Source of the DNA: an uncultured Lachnospiraceae bacterium
GTDB taxonomy: Bacteria > Bacillota > Clostridia > Lachnospirales > Lachnospiraceae
Reading direction: 5' to 3'
Length of the DNA stretch: 64,000 nucleotides
NCBI GenBank assembly: GCA_944376125.1
Contig: CALWBQ010000037.1
Span: 30,454 to 94,453 of the forward strand
A model generated the notes under the pieces. The model was not told where the DNA came from and searched no databases. It worked only from the letters and a program-made list of their open reading frames with translations. Numbering within the stretch: the first letter of the stretch is position 1; every line of letters begins with the position of its first letter. This document shows, piece by piece, positions 35,973 to 44,882 of the stretch. Both the position numbers and the translations under genes were made by a program.

Positions 35973-36443
35973 TTAGAAACGGTAATGAGCAAATGCCTTG
36001 TTTGCCTCTGCCATCTTGTGCATATCTTCTTTTCTCTTTACGGATGCGCCGGTATTGTTGGCTGCGTCCATAATCTCATTTGCCAGTCTCTCTTCCTGAG
36101 TCTTCTCGCCTCTCTTGCGGGAGAACATAGTCAGCCAGCGAAGAGCCAGCGCCTGTCTTCTCTCCGGCTTAACCTCGATGGGCACCTGATAGGTAGCACC
36201 GCCGATACGTTTTGCCTTAACTTCCAGAACAGGCATAATGTTGTTCATTGCTTCTTCAAATACTTCTACGGCATCTTTTCCAGTCTTCTCTGCGACACGT
36301 TCAAATGCGCCGTATACGATCTTCTGGGCAACACCCTTCTTGCCGTCCAACATGATGTTGTTGATCAGCTTAGTCACAACTTTATTGTTGTAGATCGGGT
36401 CTGCCAGCACGTCTCTTTTCTGAGTATGTCCTTTACGTGGCAC
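35973..36443 (-). CDS. rpsG: 30S ribosomal protein S7
   Basis: A GTG start at 36443 sits behind RBS AAGGAGGG and gives (M)[27 protein letters not shown]..., 156 aa. The track ORF (to 36572) has a spurious N-terminal extension. Confidence 0.93.
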   Translation of the reverse strand: MPRKGHTQKRDVLADPIYNNKVVTKLINNIMLDGKKGVAQKIVYGAFERVAEKTGKDAVEVFEEAMNNIMPVLEVKAKRIGGATYQVPIEVKPERRQALALRWLTMFSRKRGEKTQEERLANEIMDAANNTGASVKRKEDMHKMAEANKAFAHYRF

Positions 36444-36678
36444 GTTACTTCCCTCCTTAATACTGCTGCCCTTCTGCCCGGCTGCAAAACAGGGCCGCGG
36501 CAGCTTTTCATTAGATCTTCGGTACTCGTACACTTCGTGCAGCTTTTCAGCCGCTACAGTGGGCACGTTCATGCGCGGTCTGCTGCGTCTGCGCAGCAGG
36601 TAATCTCTATCTCCTGCAACCTACAGGTTCAATATCATTATCCGGCATTTCCTACAAATCAATTTCTGCAGCTAATGA

Positions 36679-37098
36679 TTACTTTTTCTCTTTCGGTCTC
36701 TTTGCGCCGTATTTGGAGCGAGCCTGTTTTCTGTTGGCTACACCGGCAGTATCAAGAGTACCTCTAATGATGTGGTATCTGGTACCGGGCAGGTCCTTCA
36801 CACGGCCGCCGCGGATCAGTACAACACTGTGCTCCTGTAAGTTGTGACCCTCTCCGGGGATGTAGCTTGTTACTTCGATGCCGTTGGAAAGACGTACTCT
36901 GGCGATCTTTCTAAGAGCAGAGTTCGGCTTCTTAGGGGTAGCAGTCTTAACAGCGGTGCACACACCTCTCTTCTGCGGAGCAGAAACGTTGGTTGCCTTC
37001 TTCTGCAAAGAATTGTATCCTTTCTGAAGAGCCGGAGCTGTGGACTTCTTAACGCTGGTCTGTCTTCCCTTTCTTACTAACTGGTTAAATGTTGGCAT
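36679..37098 (-). CDS. rpsL: 30S ribosomal protein S12
   Basis: Starts [24 protein letters not shown] and contains [13 protein letters not shown] is GGAGGTG. Confidence 0.95.
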   Translation of the reverse strand: MPTFNQLVRKGRQTSVKKSTAPALQKGYNSLQKKATNVSAPQKRGVCTAVKTATPKKPNSALRKIARVRLSNGIEVTSYIPGEGHNLQEHSVVLIRGGRVKDLPGTRYHIIRGTLDTAGVANRKQARSKYGAKRPKEKK

Positions 37099-37187
37099 TC
37101 TTTTCACCTCCTATGATATTGACTGTGGTTGCTGTACTTCAGCTTTTTTGCACACCAAAAGCATCGCGCTTTGGTGCACGCCTCATT

Positions 37188-37216
37188 ATTATATCCACCG
37201 AACGTTTTTCTGTCAA
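37188..37216 (-). promoter_or_regulatory. consensus sigma-A promoter of the rpsL operon
   Basis: The minus strand reads TTGACA (37216-37211), a 17-nt spacer, then TATAAT (37193-37188). A hairpin at about 37149-37180 lies in the leader. Confidence 0.65.
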
Positions 37217-37316
37217 GGGAAAAATCTTTGTAAATGCAAGTTTCTTCCAGCTTTTTTTGCTTATTCGGCCATTTTATGGTATCATGGGGGCAAAAGACTA
37301 CAGGAGGATTACTTTT

Positions 37317-38258
37317 ATGAAACTCGTCATCATGGAACCGCTGGGCGTAGAGCAGAACAAGCTGCTTTCCATGGCTCAGGCTGTCCTGCCTCAGGACATC
37401 GAAATCACTTATTATGATACCCGTGTTTTAGATACCGATACACTGATCAGCCGCGGCCGGGATGCGGATATCCTTGCTGTCTCCAATCTTCCGCTCAATG
37501 GGGATGTCATCAATGGCTGCAAAAATCTAAAACTGCTGGCAGTGGCCTTTACCGGCGTTGACCACATCGCCTTGGATGTCTGCCGGCAGAGAGGCATCAC
37601 AGTGTGCAACTGCGCCGGATATTCTACTGCTGCTGTAGCAGACCTGGTTTTCGGCATGGTGGTAGCTCTATACCGGAATCTGATTGCCTGCAATGAAGCT
37701 GTTCGCCGCCAGGGAACCAAGGATGGGCTGATTGGCTTTGAGCTGGAGGAGAAGACGTTTGGCATCATCGGCACCGGCGCTATCGGCCTGCGGGTAGCCT
37801 CCATCGCCCAGGCATTCGGCTGCCGCGTATTGGCCTACAGCCGTACACAAAAAAATGTCCCCGGCGTCACCTACACTGACCTTGAGACGCTCTTAAAGAC
37901 CAGCGACATTGTTTCCCTCCACACACCCCTCACTCCAGAAACCCGCGGGCTGATCGGCGCGAAGGAGCTGGCCTCCATGAAGCCTTCGGCTATCCTCATC
38001 AATACCGCCAGAGGCCCAGTGGTAGACAGCGCAGCTCTGGCCGATGCTCTGAACAGCGGCAAAATCGCCGGGGCCGGCATCGATGTATTTGAGATGGAAC
38101 CTCCTGTCCCGGAAGACCATCCCTTGCTGAATGCCAAAAACCTGATTGCTACCCCTCACGTAGCATTTGCCACCAAAGAAGCCTTGGTCAAGCGGGCAGC
38201 TATTGTATTTGACAACATTGACCGCTGGCTCAAGGGAACCCCTGCAAACGTTATCTAA
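37317..38258 (+). CDS. D-isomer-specific 2-hydroxyacid dehydrogenase
   Basis: The ATG at 37317 follows RBS AGGAGG. The NAD site is GIIGTGAIGLRVA. The catalytic region reads NTARGPVVD...GAGIDVFEMEPP...TPHVAF. Confidence 0.85.
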   Translation: MKLVIMEPLGVEQNKLLSMAQAVLPQDIEITYYDTRVLDTDTLISRGRDADILAVSNLPLNGDVINGCKNLKLLAVAFTGVDHIALDVCRQRGITVCNCAGYSTAAVADLVFGMVVALYRNLIACNEAVRRQGTKDGLIGFELEEKTFGIIGTGAIGLRVASIAQAFGCRVLAYSRTQKNVPGVTYTDLETLLKTSDIVSLHTPLTPETRGLIGAKELASMKPSAILINTARGPVVDSAALADALNSGKIAGAGIDVFEMEPPVPEDHPLLNAKNLIATPHVAFATKEALVKRAAIVFDNIDRWLKGTPANVI

Positions 38259-38293
38259 AAGCCGGCTTTGGCTGGCAGAAAGGAAAATCTGCA

Positions 38294-40282
38294 ATGAGAG
38301 AACCTATCCTGTTAAAAGACTTCTTAGACTATAAATTTCTATCCGGCCTCCAGTATTCCCCGGACGGCACCCGAGCTGTCTACGCTGTCTCCTCCTGTGA
38401 TCTGTCGGCTAACGGCTACCAGCACCATCTGTATCTGTGGGACGGCCAAAAGCACACCCGCCTGACCGGATCCGGCGATGAAAGGCTCTTTCTGTGGGAG
38501 GATGACAACACCATTCTGTTTGCCTCTCTGAGAGAGAAAGAAGATCGCGATGCTGTCCAGAAGGGCGAAGAGCGCACAGTATTCTACCGCCTTTCCCTCT
38601 CCGGAGGCGAGGCCAGCCGCGCCTTTTCCATTCCTCTGACCGTCACCGGGATCCAGCAGATTTCCAGAGGGCAGTATGTCCTGCAGGTTCGCTATGATCT
38701 GAGATTTTCAGAGCTTTATCTGCTGAAGGGCCATGAAAAAGCAGCTATGCTGCAGGAAAAGAGGGATGCGGAGAGCTACGAAATCTTGGATGAACTGCCC
38801 TTCTACGGAAATGGGAAAGGCTATACCAATAAAATCCGCACCTCTCTCTTCCTATACGAAAGCGATTCAGAAACGCTCACCCCCATCAGCAGCCCTCTGA
38901 TGGAAGTCAGGGATGCAAAGCTCAGTGAGGATCATTCTCTTCTTTATTATATTGGAGAAGACTTTCAGACCCGCCGTATCTCCCGCCAGGGGATCTGGGT
39001 CTTCCAGATAGACACAAAGGAAAACAGACAGCTTATGGAAGCCGGGGATTTCTGTCTCTTCTCCCTGCAGCCCTGGGCAGACAGCCTGCTGGTTCTGGGA
39101 ACAGACGAAAAGCAGTACGGCTCCCACGAAAACCCCTGGTACTACCGTTTAGAGGACGGAAAACTGTCTCTTCTGGCATCCTACGAGGACTCTTTCAGCT
39201 CTACCGTGGGAAGTGACTGCCGCCTTGGCAGCGGAAAGACTTCCTGCCTCAGCGGCGATACCTACTATTTTATCACCACCCGCGTCAACTCCAGCCATAT
39301 TTACTCCCTGACCAGGGACGGCGCGATCTCCCCCGTTCTGGAATACCCAGGCAGCGTGGATTTTATGGACATCTCCGGCAGCACCATCCTCTATGGGGGA
39401 ATGCAGGATAGCCGTCTCCAGGAGCTGTATACCTTTGACCTTTCCTCCGGAGAGCGGAAAAGAATCTCCAGCTTTAACGAGTGGGTCATGGAGACCAGAG
39501 ATGTCCGGCCTCTGGAGCCCTGCACCTTCCAGAGAAACGGCATGGAACTATACGGCTGGGTTATGACACCCAGAAACTATCAGAAAGGGGAGCAGTACCC
39601 GGCCATTCTGGATATCCACGGAGGCCCCAAAACTGTGTACGGGGAAGTTTTTTTCCACGAGATGCAGGTATGGGCCAATATGGGCTACTTCGTCTTTTTT
39701 ATGAACCCAACCGGATCGGATGGCCGGGGCAATGATTTCGCTGACGTAAAAGGGAAGTATGGCACAGTAGATTACGATGACCTTATGGCCTTCACTTCCA
39801 CAGTCTTAGAGCGCTATCCTGACATCGATCCCAGCCGCCTTGGCGTCACCGGCGGGAGCTACGGCGGCTTTATGACCAACTGGATCATCGGCCACACAGA
39901 CCGGTTCCGCGCTGCGGCCAGCCAGCGTTCCATCTCCAACTGGATCTCCATGGCCCACACATCCGATATCGGAAGCCGGTTCGTCAGAGACCAGATGGCG
40001 GGCTACACCTGGACTGACGCCGAGAGAATGTGGGAGCACTCTCCGCTGAAATATGCTCCAAATGTCAAAACCCCTACCTTGTTTATCCACAGTGACGAAG
40101 ATTTTCGCTGTCCCCTGAGTGAGGGCCTGCAGATGTACAGCGCCCTGGTGGAAAACGGTGTAGAAGCAAGGCTGTGTCTCTTCAAAGGAGAAAATCACGA
40201 GCTGAGCCGCAGCGGAAGGCCAAAACAGCGGATCCGCCGTCTGGAAGAAATCACAGACTGGATGGAAAATCACTTAAAGTAG
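38294..40282 (+). CDS. S9 family serine peptidase (prolyl oligopeptidase / acylaminoacyl peptidase-like)
   Basis: An N-terminal beta-propeller-like region is followed by a C-terminal alpha/beta hydrolase. The nucleophile motif is GGSYGGFM, with later D and H (HSDEDFRCP, GENHEL). Confidence 0.8.
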   Translation: MREPILLKDFLDYKFLSGLQYSPDGTRAVYAVSSCDLSANGYQHHLYLWDGQKHTRLTGSGDERLFLWEDDNTILFASLREKEDRDAVQKGEERTVFYRLSLSGGEASRAFSIPLTVTGIQQISRGQYVLQVRYDLRFSELYLLKGHEKAAMLQEKRDAESYEILDELPFYGNGKGYTNKIRTSLFLYESDSETLTPISSPLMEVRDAKLSEDHSLLYYIGEDFQTRRISRQGIWVFQIDTKENRQLMEAGDFCLFSLQPWADSLLVLGTDEKQYGSHENPWYYRLEDGKLSLLASYEDSFSSTVGSDCRLGSGKTSCLSGDTYYFITTRVNSSHIYSLTRDGAISPVLEYPGSVDFMDISGSTILYGGMQDSRLQELYTFDLSSGERKRISSFNEWVMETRDVRPLEPCTFQRNGMELYGWVMTPRNYQKGEQYPAILDIHGGPKTVYGEVFFHEMQVWANMGYFVFFMNPTGSDGRGNDFADVKGKYGTVDYDDLMAFTSTVLERYPDIDPSRLGVTGGSYGGFMTNWIIGHTDRFRAAASQRSISNWISMAHTSDIGSRFVRDQMAGYTWTDAERMWEHSPLKYAPNVKTPTLFIHSDEDFRCPLSEGLQMYSALVENGVEARLCLFKGENHELSRSGRPKQRIRRLEEITDWMENHLK

Positions 40283-40332
40283 CCCCTGCAACCCTTGTTC
40301 TTACTATCTATCTATTACTGGAGGAAGCCATT

Positions 40333-41697
40333 ATGGAATACCGCATTGAAACCGACTCTATGGGCGAAGTAAAAGTCCCAAAAGACGTATACTGGGGCGC
40401 CCAGACAGAGCGCAGCTTTGAAAACTTCAAAATCGGAATCGAAAAAATTCCCATGGAGATTATCCGCGCCTTTGCCGTCTTAAAAAAAGCGGCTGCTATT
40501 GCTAACCACCGTTTAGGCAAACTGGACGAGCGGAGAATGGAAATCATCTCCCAGGTCTGCGATGAGATTTTAGCCGGGAAACTGGATCGCCATTTCCCGC
40601 TGGCCGTCTGGCAGACTGGAAGCGGAACCCAGTCCAACATGAATGTCAATGAAGTAATCGCAAACCGCGGCAACGAGATTGCTGGCGAAAAGCTGCTCCA
40701 CCCTAATGACCATGCCAACATGTCCCAGAGTTCCAATGACACCTTCCCCACTGCTATGCACATCGCTGCAGTGATGGAGATTCAGAACCGGCTGTTCCCC
40801 GCCATGGACACGCTGACAGCTTCTTTCCGCCGCCTGGAGGAAGAAAACCAAGGCGTCATCAAAACTGGACGCACCCACCTCCAGGATGCCACGCCCATCG
40901 CCTTTTCCCAGGAGATCAGCGGCTGGAGAAACTGTCTGGAGAAAACCCGCGCTATGCTGGAGGACAGCCTCAAAGGTCTGAAAGAGCTTGCCCTGGGCGG
41001 CACGGCTGTCGGCACAGGGCTCAATGCCCCGAAAGGCTTTGATACCGAAGTGGCCAAGGCAGTCTCCGAGCTTACCGGAGTTGATTTTATTACTGCTCCC
41101 AATAAATTCCACTCTCTTACCAGCAAAGACGACATTGTGTTTGCCCACGGAGCCCTGAAGGCCCTGGCTGCCAATCTGATGAAGATTGCCAACGATATCC
41201 GCTGGCTGGCCAGCGGCCCCCGATGCGGCCTGGGAGAGATCACCATTCCGGAAAATGAGCCAGGAAGCTCCATCATGCCAGGAAAGGTCAATCCCACCCA
41301 GTGTGAATCTGTCACCATGGTGGCCGTCCAGGTCATGGCTAACGATGTGGCCGTGGGGATGGCTGCCTCCCAGGGAAACTTTGAGCTGAATGTGTATATG
41401 CCAGTCTGCATCTACAATTTTCTCCAGTCCGTACGTCTTCTCTCCGACTCCATCGTCTCTTTCGAGACGCATTGCGTCTGCGGAATCAAGGCGAACCGGG
41501 AAAAGATGGATGAAAACCTTCACCGCTCTCTGATGCTGGTGACTTGCCTCAACCCTCACATCGGCTATGACAATGCCGCGAAAACTGCAAAAAAAGCCTA
41601 CAGAGAAAACATTTCTCTCAAGGAAGCCTGCGTCGCACTGGGATTTTTGACACCTGAACAGTTTGATCAAGTCTTCCACCCCGAACAGATGGTATAA
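40333..41697 (+). CDS. fumC: class II fumarate hydratase
   Basis: Starts MEYRIETDSMGEVKVPKDVYWGAQTERS and carries the GSSIMPGKVNPTQCE signature. The track ORF start at 40174 overlaps the previous gene. Confidence 0.92.
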   Translation: MEYRIETDSMGEVKVPKDVYWGAQTERSFENFKIGIEKIPMEIIRAFAVLKKAAAIANHRLGKLDERRMEIISQVCDEILAGKLDRHFPLAVWQTGSGTQSNMNVNEVIANRGNEIAGEKLLHPNDHANMSQSSNDTFPTAMHIAAVMEIQNRLFPAMDTLTASFRRLEEENQGVIKTGRTHLQDATPIAFSQEISGWRNCLEKTRAMLEDSLKGLKELALGGTAVGTGLNAPKGFDTEVAKAVSELTGVDFITAPNKFHSLTSKDDIVFAHGALKALAANLMKIANDIRWLASGPRCGLGEITIPENEPGSSIMPGKVNPTQCESVTMVAVQVMANDVAVGMAASQGNFELNVYMPVCIYNFLQSVRLLSDSIVSFETHCVCGIKANREKMDENLHRSLMLVTCLNPHIGYDNAAKTAKKAYRENISLKEACVALGFLTPEQFDQVFHPEQMV

Positions 41698-41711
41698 AGG
41701 AGAACAATGCA

Positions 41712-42881
41712 ATGAATATTAATGAAGAGTCTTTAAAACTGCACTATGAATTAAAAGGGAAAATCGAAGTTATTTCCCGAAAGCATATTACAACCAGAGA
41801 GGAGCTGTCTCTAGTCTACACCCCCGGCGTTGCAGAGCCCTGCCGCCAGATCGCTGCTGACTATGAGAAATCCTTCCAACTGACCCGCCGCTCCAACCTG
41901 GTGGCCGTCATCACCGACGGCACAGCCGTCCTGGGCTTAGGAGACATCGGCCCTGCAGCCGGCATGCCGGTCATGGAGGGAAAATGTGCTCTCTTTAAAG
42001 AGTTTGGAGATGTAGACGCCTTCCCGATCTGCATTGATTCCAAAGATACCGACACCATCGTCCAGACCATCTCCCTGATCTCAAAGAGTTTCGGCGGCAT
42101 CAATCTGGAGGACATCTCAGCTCCCCGCTGCTTTGAGATCGAGCGCCGTCTGAAAGAGCTCTGCGATATTCCTGTCTTCCATGACGACCAGCACGGCACA
42201 GCCATCGTTGTGGCAGCCGCCCTGATCAACGCCATGAAAGTCACCAAAAAAGAGATGGGCAAAATGAGGATCGTCATCAACGGCGCCGGCGCCGCCGGGA
42301 TCGCCATCGGAAAGCTGCTGATCAGCATGGGCTTTGGAAATGTCATCATGTGCGACATCAACGGCATTATCTGCGAGGGCGATGAGGGCCTCAATCCCGG
42401 CCAGGAGGAGATCTCCCACATCAGCAATCTGGAAAAAGAACACGGCCTGCTGGCAGACGCCATGAAGGGGGCAGATGCCTTCGTCGGCGTGTCCCGTCCC
42501 GGCCTTGTCACCCGCGAGATGGTGGCCTCCATGAATCAGGGAATCGTTTTCGCCATGGCCAACCCCACCCCGGAGATCATGCCCGATGAGGCGAAGGCCG
42601 GCGGAGCCGCCGTCATCGGCACCGGCCGCTCCGATTTCCCCAACCAGATCAACAACGTCCTGGTCTTCCCCGGCATCTTCAAAGGCGCTCTGGCCGTCCG
42701 GGCAAAGGAAATCACAGAGACCATGAAGCAGCGGGCAGCCTATGCCATTGCATCCATGATCCCGGATGATCAGCTGAGTCCGGAGAACATCATACCCTCC
42801 GCCCTGGACAAGACAGTAGCCGGGGCCGTCGCCAAAGCGGTGGCCGACACTGCGGTGGAGGAAGGCATCGCCAGAATCTGA
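41712..42881 (+). CDS. NAD(P)-dependent malic enzyme (short form)
   Basis: Motifs include LSLVYTPGVAEPC, VITDGTAVLGLGDIG, FGGINLEDISAPRCFEIE, HDDQHGTA and INGAGAAG. Confidence 0.9.
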   Translation: MNINEESLKLHYELKGKIEVISRKHITTREELSLVYTPGVAEPCRQIAADYEKSFQLTRRSNLVAVITDGTAVLGLGDIGPAAGMPVMEGKCALFKEFGDVDAFPICIDSKDTDTIVQTISLISKSFGGINLEDISAPRCFEIERRLKELCDIPVFHDDQHGTAIVVAAALINAMKVTKKEMGKMRIVINGAGAAGIAIGKLLISMGFGNVIMCDINGIICEGDEGLNPGQEEISHISNLEKEHGLLADAMKGADAFVGVSRPGLVTREMVASMNQGIVFAMANPTPEIMPDEAKAGGAAVIGTGRSDFPNQINNVLVFPGIFKGALAVRAKEITETMKQRAAYAIASMIPDDQLSPENIIPSALDKTVAGAVAKAVADTAVEEGIARI

Positions 42882-42927
42882 AAGGCAGTATCAGCGCACT
42901 GATTTGTAAAAAACAGCGCTTAGTAAA

Positions 42928-42970
42928 GGGGCGCTCTCCGAACAGCATGTTCAGAGAGCGCCCTGTTTCT
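42928..42970 (+). terminator. intrinsic terminator after the fumC-malic enzyme unit
   Basis: The GGGCGCTCTC...GAGAGCGCCC stem (with inner GAACA/TGTTC pairing) is followed by TGTTTCT. Confidence 0.65.
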
Positions 42971-42973
42971 CCC

Positions 42974-43447
42974 TCACTCTTTCTTCTCATTTCTCCAGTA
43001 GTACACCAGACACAGCAGGATAGCAGCAAACGCCGTGGGGCTGATCAGAGGGATCACAATATGCCACACCCACTTGACTGCACTTTTGCTGTCCATCGAA
43101 AACGCCTCCCACAGCTCTTCCGATATTGTCTGAATTCCTGAGAGGAAAAAGAGGAAGTTAAAGCCCACAGTTTTCCACACTGAGATCAGAACCAGCACAT
43201 ACAAGGTAAGCTGATAGCTGTTGAGCCACTGGATCCTATTCTTTTTGCCGGAGGCCAGGAGAGCTGCCAGAAAGCCCAGCACAGTTGAAAGGACGACCTG
43301 AAGAATTCCAAAAATCAGAGTGTTTACTGCCACCTCACGGAACACCGGACTTTCCGCCATCTCCCTGTAATTTTTAAAACCCACAAACTTTGTGTAGGAG
43401 AGAACGGCATCTGTGTCAAAGAACGAAAGCCACGCAGACCGCAGCTA
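42974..43447 (-). pseudogene. truncated sugar ABC transporter permease (MalF/UgpA-type) remnant
   Basis: The EAA-loop region SGIQTISEELWEAFSMDSKSAVKWVWHIVIPLISP is recognisable. The frame is open upstream without a start codon (LRSAWLSFFDTDAVLSYTKFVGFKNY). The C-terminal two TMs are missing, and the product is about half normal length. Confidence 0.6.
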
Positions 43448-43498
43448 TCAGATTTTTGTAAAATTTCAGTAACCTTTCGATAAAATCGGGAACAGCCG

Positions 43499-44479
43499 CT
43501 ATGGCCGCGGCTTATGGAGGTGAAAATACCAGATGATCCCTCCGCTGGCCCCTACTGACAGAGCTACCAGCCCCAAAACTGTCAGCCAGATCGACAGGCC
43601 AGACGCCGGCCCTTCTTTTCCCAGAGCCTCCGCCATAGTCGCCGGCAGTTTCTCCGGAGGTGTTTTTAAGGGCAGAAGCTCATCTGTCTTTCCGGCATGC
43701 ACCGGAAGGTTTGTGGCCGCCGGATCCGTCAGGCAGACCCAGACATCCCTGACACCGTAGTAATAGACAATATGGCCCCACTCTCTTCCGTCCTGATCCG
43801 TATACAAATAATCCACATGAAATTTGTCATCTACATTGGGGATCGTGCCGGAAATGCTGCCGGAGCCTGGATAGGTCCAGCACTGTACCTCTTCCCCCTT
43901 CTCTAAGCTCACGTTTTCCTGACCAGACGCCAGTTCTAATTCACCTGCATATTCCTGCATAAACGCCTTGCTGTCATATACCAGGGACACATCCTCCATC
44001 CGGATCCAACCGGTCCTAACCTCCGGTTCATCCTCCCCAGGATTGCCATAATTGGGGGTCACATCACCGTCCGATGTCCTCTGATATTGAATGACTCCCC
44101 AGTCTGTACCCTCACCGTCCAAATAGGTAAAGGATATATACACCAACGTGCCATTTTCCAATGCATCTGTGATATTCTGATTTTCAGGGTCATCCACTAC
44201 ATAAAGATATCCCTGCTCCTGGTTTACAAAGTAATTGCGGTCCAGGTGGACAAACTCATCTCGCTTGTCCTCCTCCCAGCTTTTCTCCATATAGAAGGGA
44301 TCCTCCGGTTCCCAGATCAGATCCGCCCGGGCTGACAAAAGCCCGGAAACCATTTTCCCGATAGGCTCATTCATAAAGTTTCTCAGGGGGCCCGGGATCA
44401 CAGCCGCTCCCAGAGCCAGAACCGCCAGCGCTGTTCCCAGGGTCAGAGCCGCAGCGGCCTTTTTCCAAATTTTTTTCAT
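43499..44479 (-). CDS. hypothetical bitopic protein (N-terminal signal/anchor, C-terminal TM)
   Basis: I prefer the ATG at 44479 (MKKIWKKAAAALTLGTALAVLALGAAV, RBS GAGGAG). It has two similar beta-rich modules (...DGEGTDWGVIQY... and ...DQDGREWGHIVYYYG...) and a C-terminal TM LSIWLTVLGLVALSVGASGGIIWYF. Confidence 0.5.
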   Translation of the reverse strand: MKKIWKKAAAALTLGTALAVLALGAAVIPGPLRNFMNEPIGKMVSGLLSARADLIWEPEDPFYMEKSWEEDKRDEFVHLDRNYFVNQEQGYLYVVDDPENQNITDALENGTLVYISFTYLDGEGTDWGVIQYQRTSDGDVTPNYGNPGEDEPEVRTGWIRMEDVSLVYDSKAFMQEYAGELELASGQENVSLEKGEEVQCWTYPGSGSISGTIPNVDDKFHVDYLYTDQDGREWGHIVYYYGVRDVWVCLTDPAATNLPVHAGKTDELLPLKTPPEKLPATMAEALGKEGPASGLSIWLTVLGLVALSVGASGGIIWYFHLHKPRP

Positions 44480-44504
44480 AATAATCTCCTCTTCATCTAT
44501 TCGG

Positions 44505-44882
44505 TTAGATAATGTTCTGAAGACATACGCCTGCCCAGTAAGAAAACAAGTTGGCCGAGATAGAAAAGAGCCATGGGCGGTGAATCGCTCTGCTGCACTT
44601 CTGGTAACAGAACGCCTCCGCCGCGGCTGCCGATATCTCCAAGAATCCTTTGACTGCCCAGAGGATCCATTTTTCTGTCTCCCTCCCATCCGACAGAACC
44701 AATTCTGCTGCCAGATAATAGCATGCCACTACGGCCGGATTGGTCAGAAGATTTGCCGCCGCCACCAGCAGCAACTCCCGTCTTTCCCTGATCTTCCAGA
44801 GCCAGGCCCAGGCAAGTTCCAAAACCAGGGTCACCGCCAGTGAGATCCCCATGGCTGCAAAGATCCAAGTTCCAATCTTCAT
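44505..44882 (-). CDS. hypothetical small membrane protein
   Basis: 125 aa with about 4 TM segments. The ATGA start overlaps the upstream gene's stop. I recognise no family. Confidence 0.45.
   Translation of the reverse strand: MKIGTWIFAAMGISLAVTLVLELAWAWLWKIRERRELLLVAAANLLTNPAVVACYYLAAELVLSDGRETEKWILWAVKGFLEISAAAAEAFCYQKCSRAIHRPWLFSISANLFSYWAGVCLQNII

Noticed and set aside
35973-36572. N-terminal extensions proposed by the ORF track for rpsG (to 36572), feoA (to 30360), glnN (to 51469), fumC (from 40174), the 43499 gene (to 44689), the GTPase (to 62224), sfsA (from 56919) and the dehydrogenase (from 37089).
   Set aside because: In each case an internal start with a good Shine-Dalgarno sequence gives the canonical N-terminus. 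The extensions have no homology and overlap leaders or neighbouring genes.
40570-41712. A 380-aa minus-strand ORF opposite fumC. Similar long antisense ORFs occur at 5668-6351, 11775-12437, 17391-18188, 33645-35183, 35985-36767, 41861-42532, 50351-50932 and 59079-59774.
   Set aside because: Each lies opposite a confidently identified gene (fumC, cell-wall protein, fbp, acyltransferase, fusA, rpsG, malic enzyme, glnN, helicase). None shows family motifs or a translation signal.
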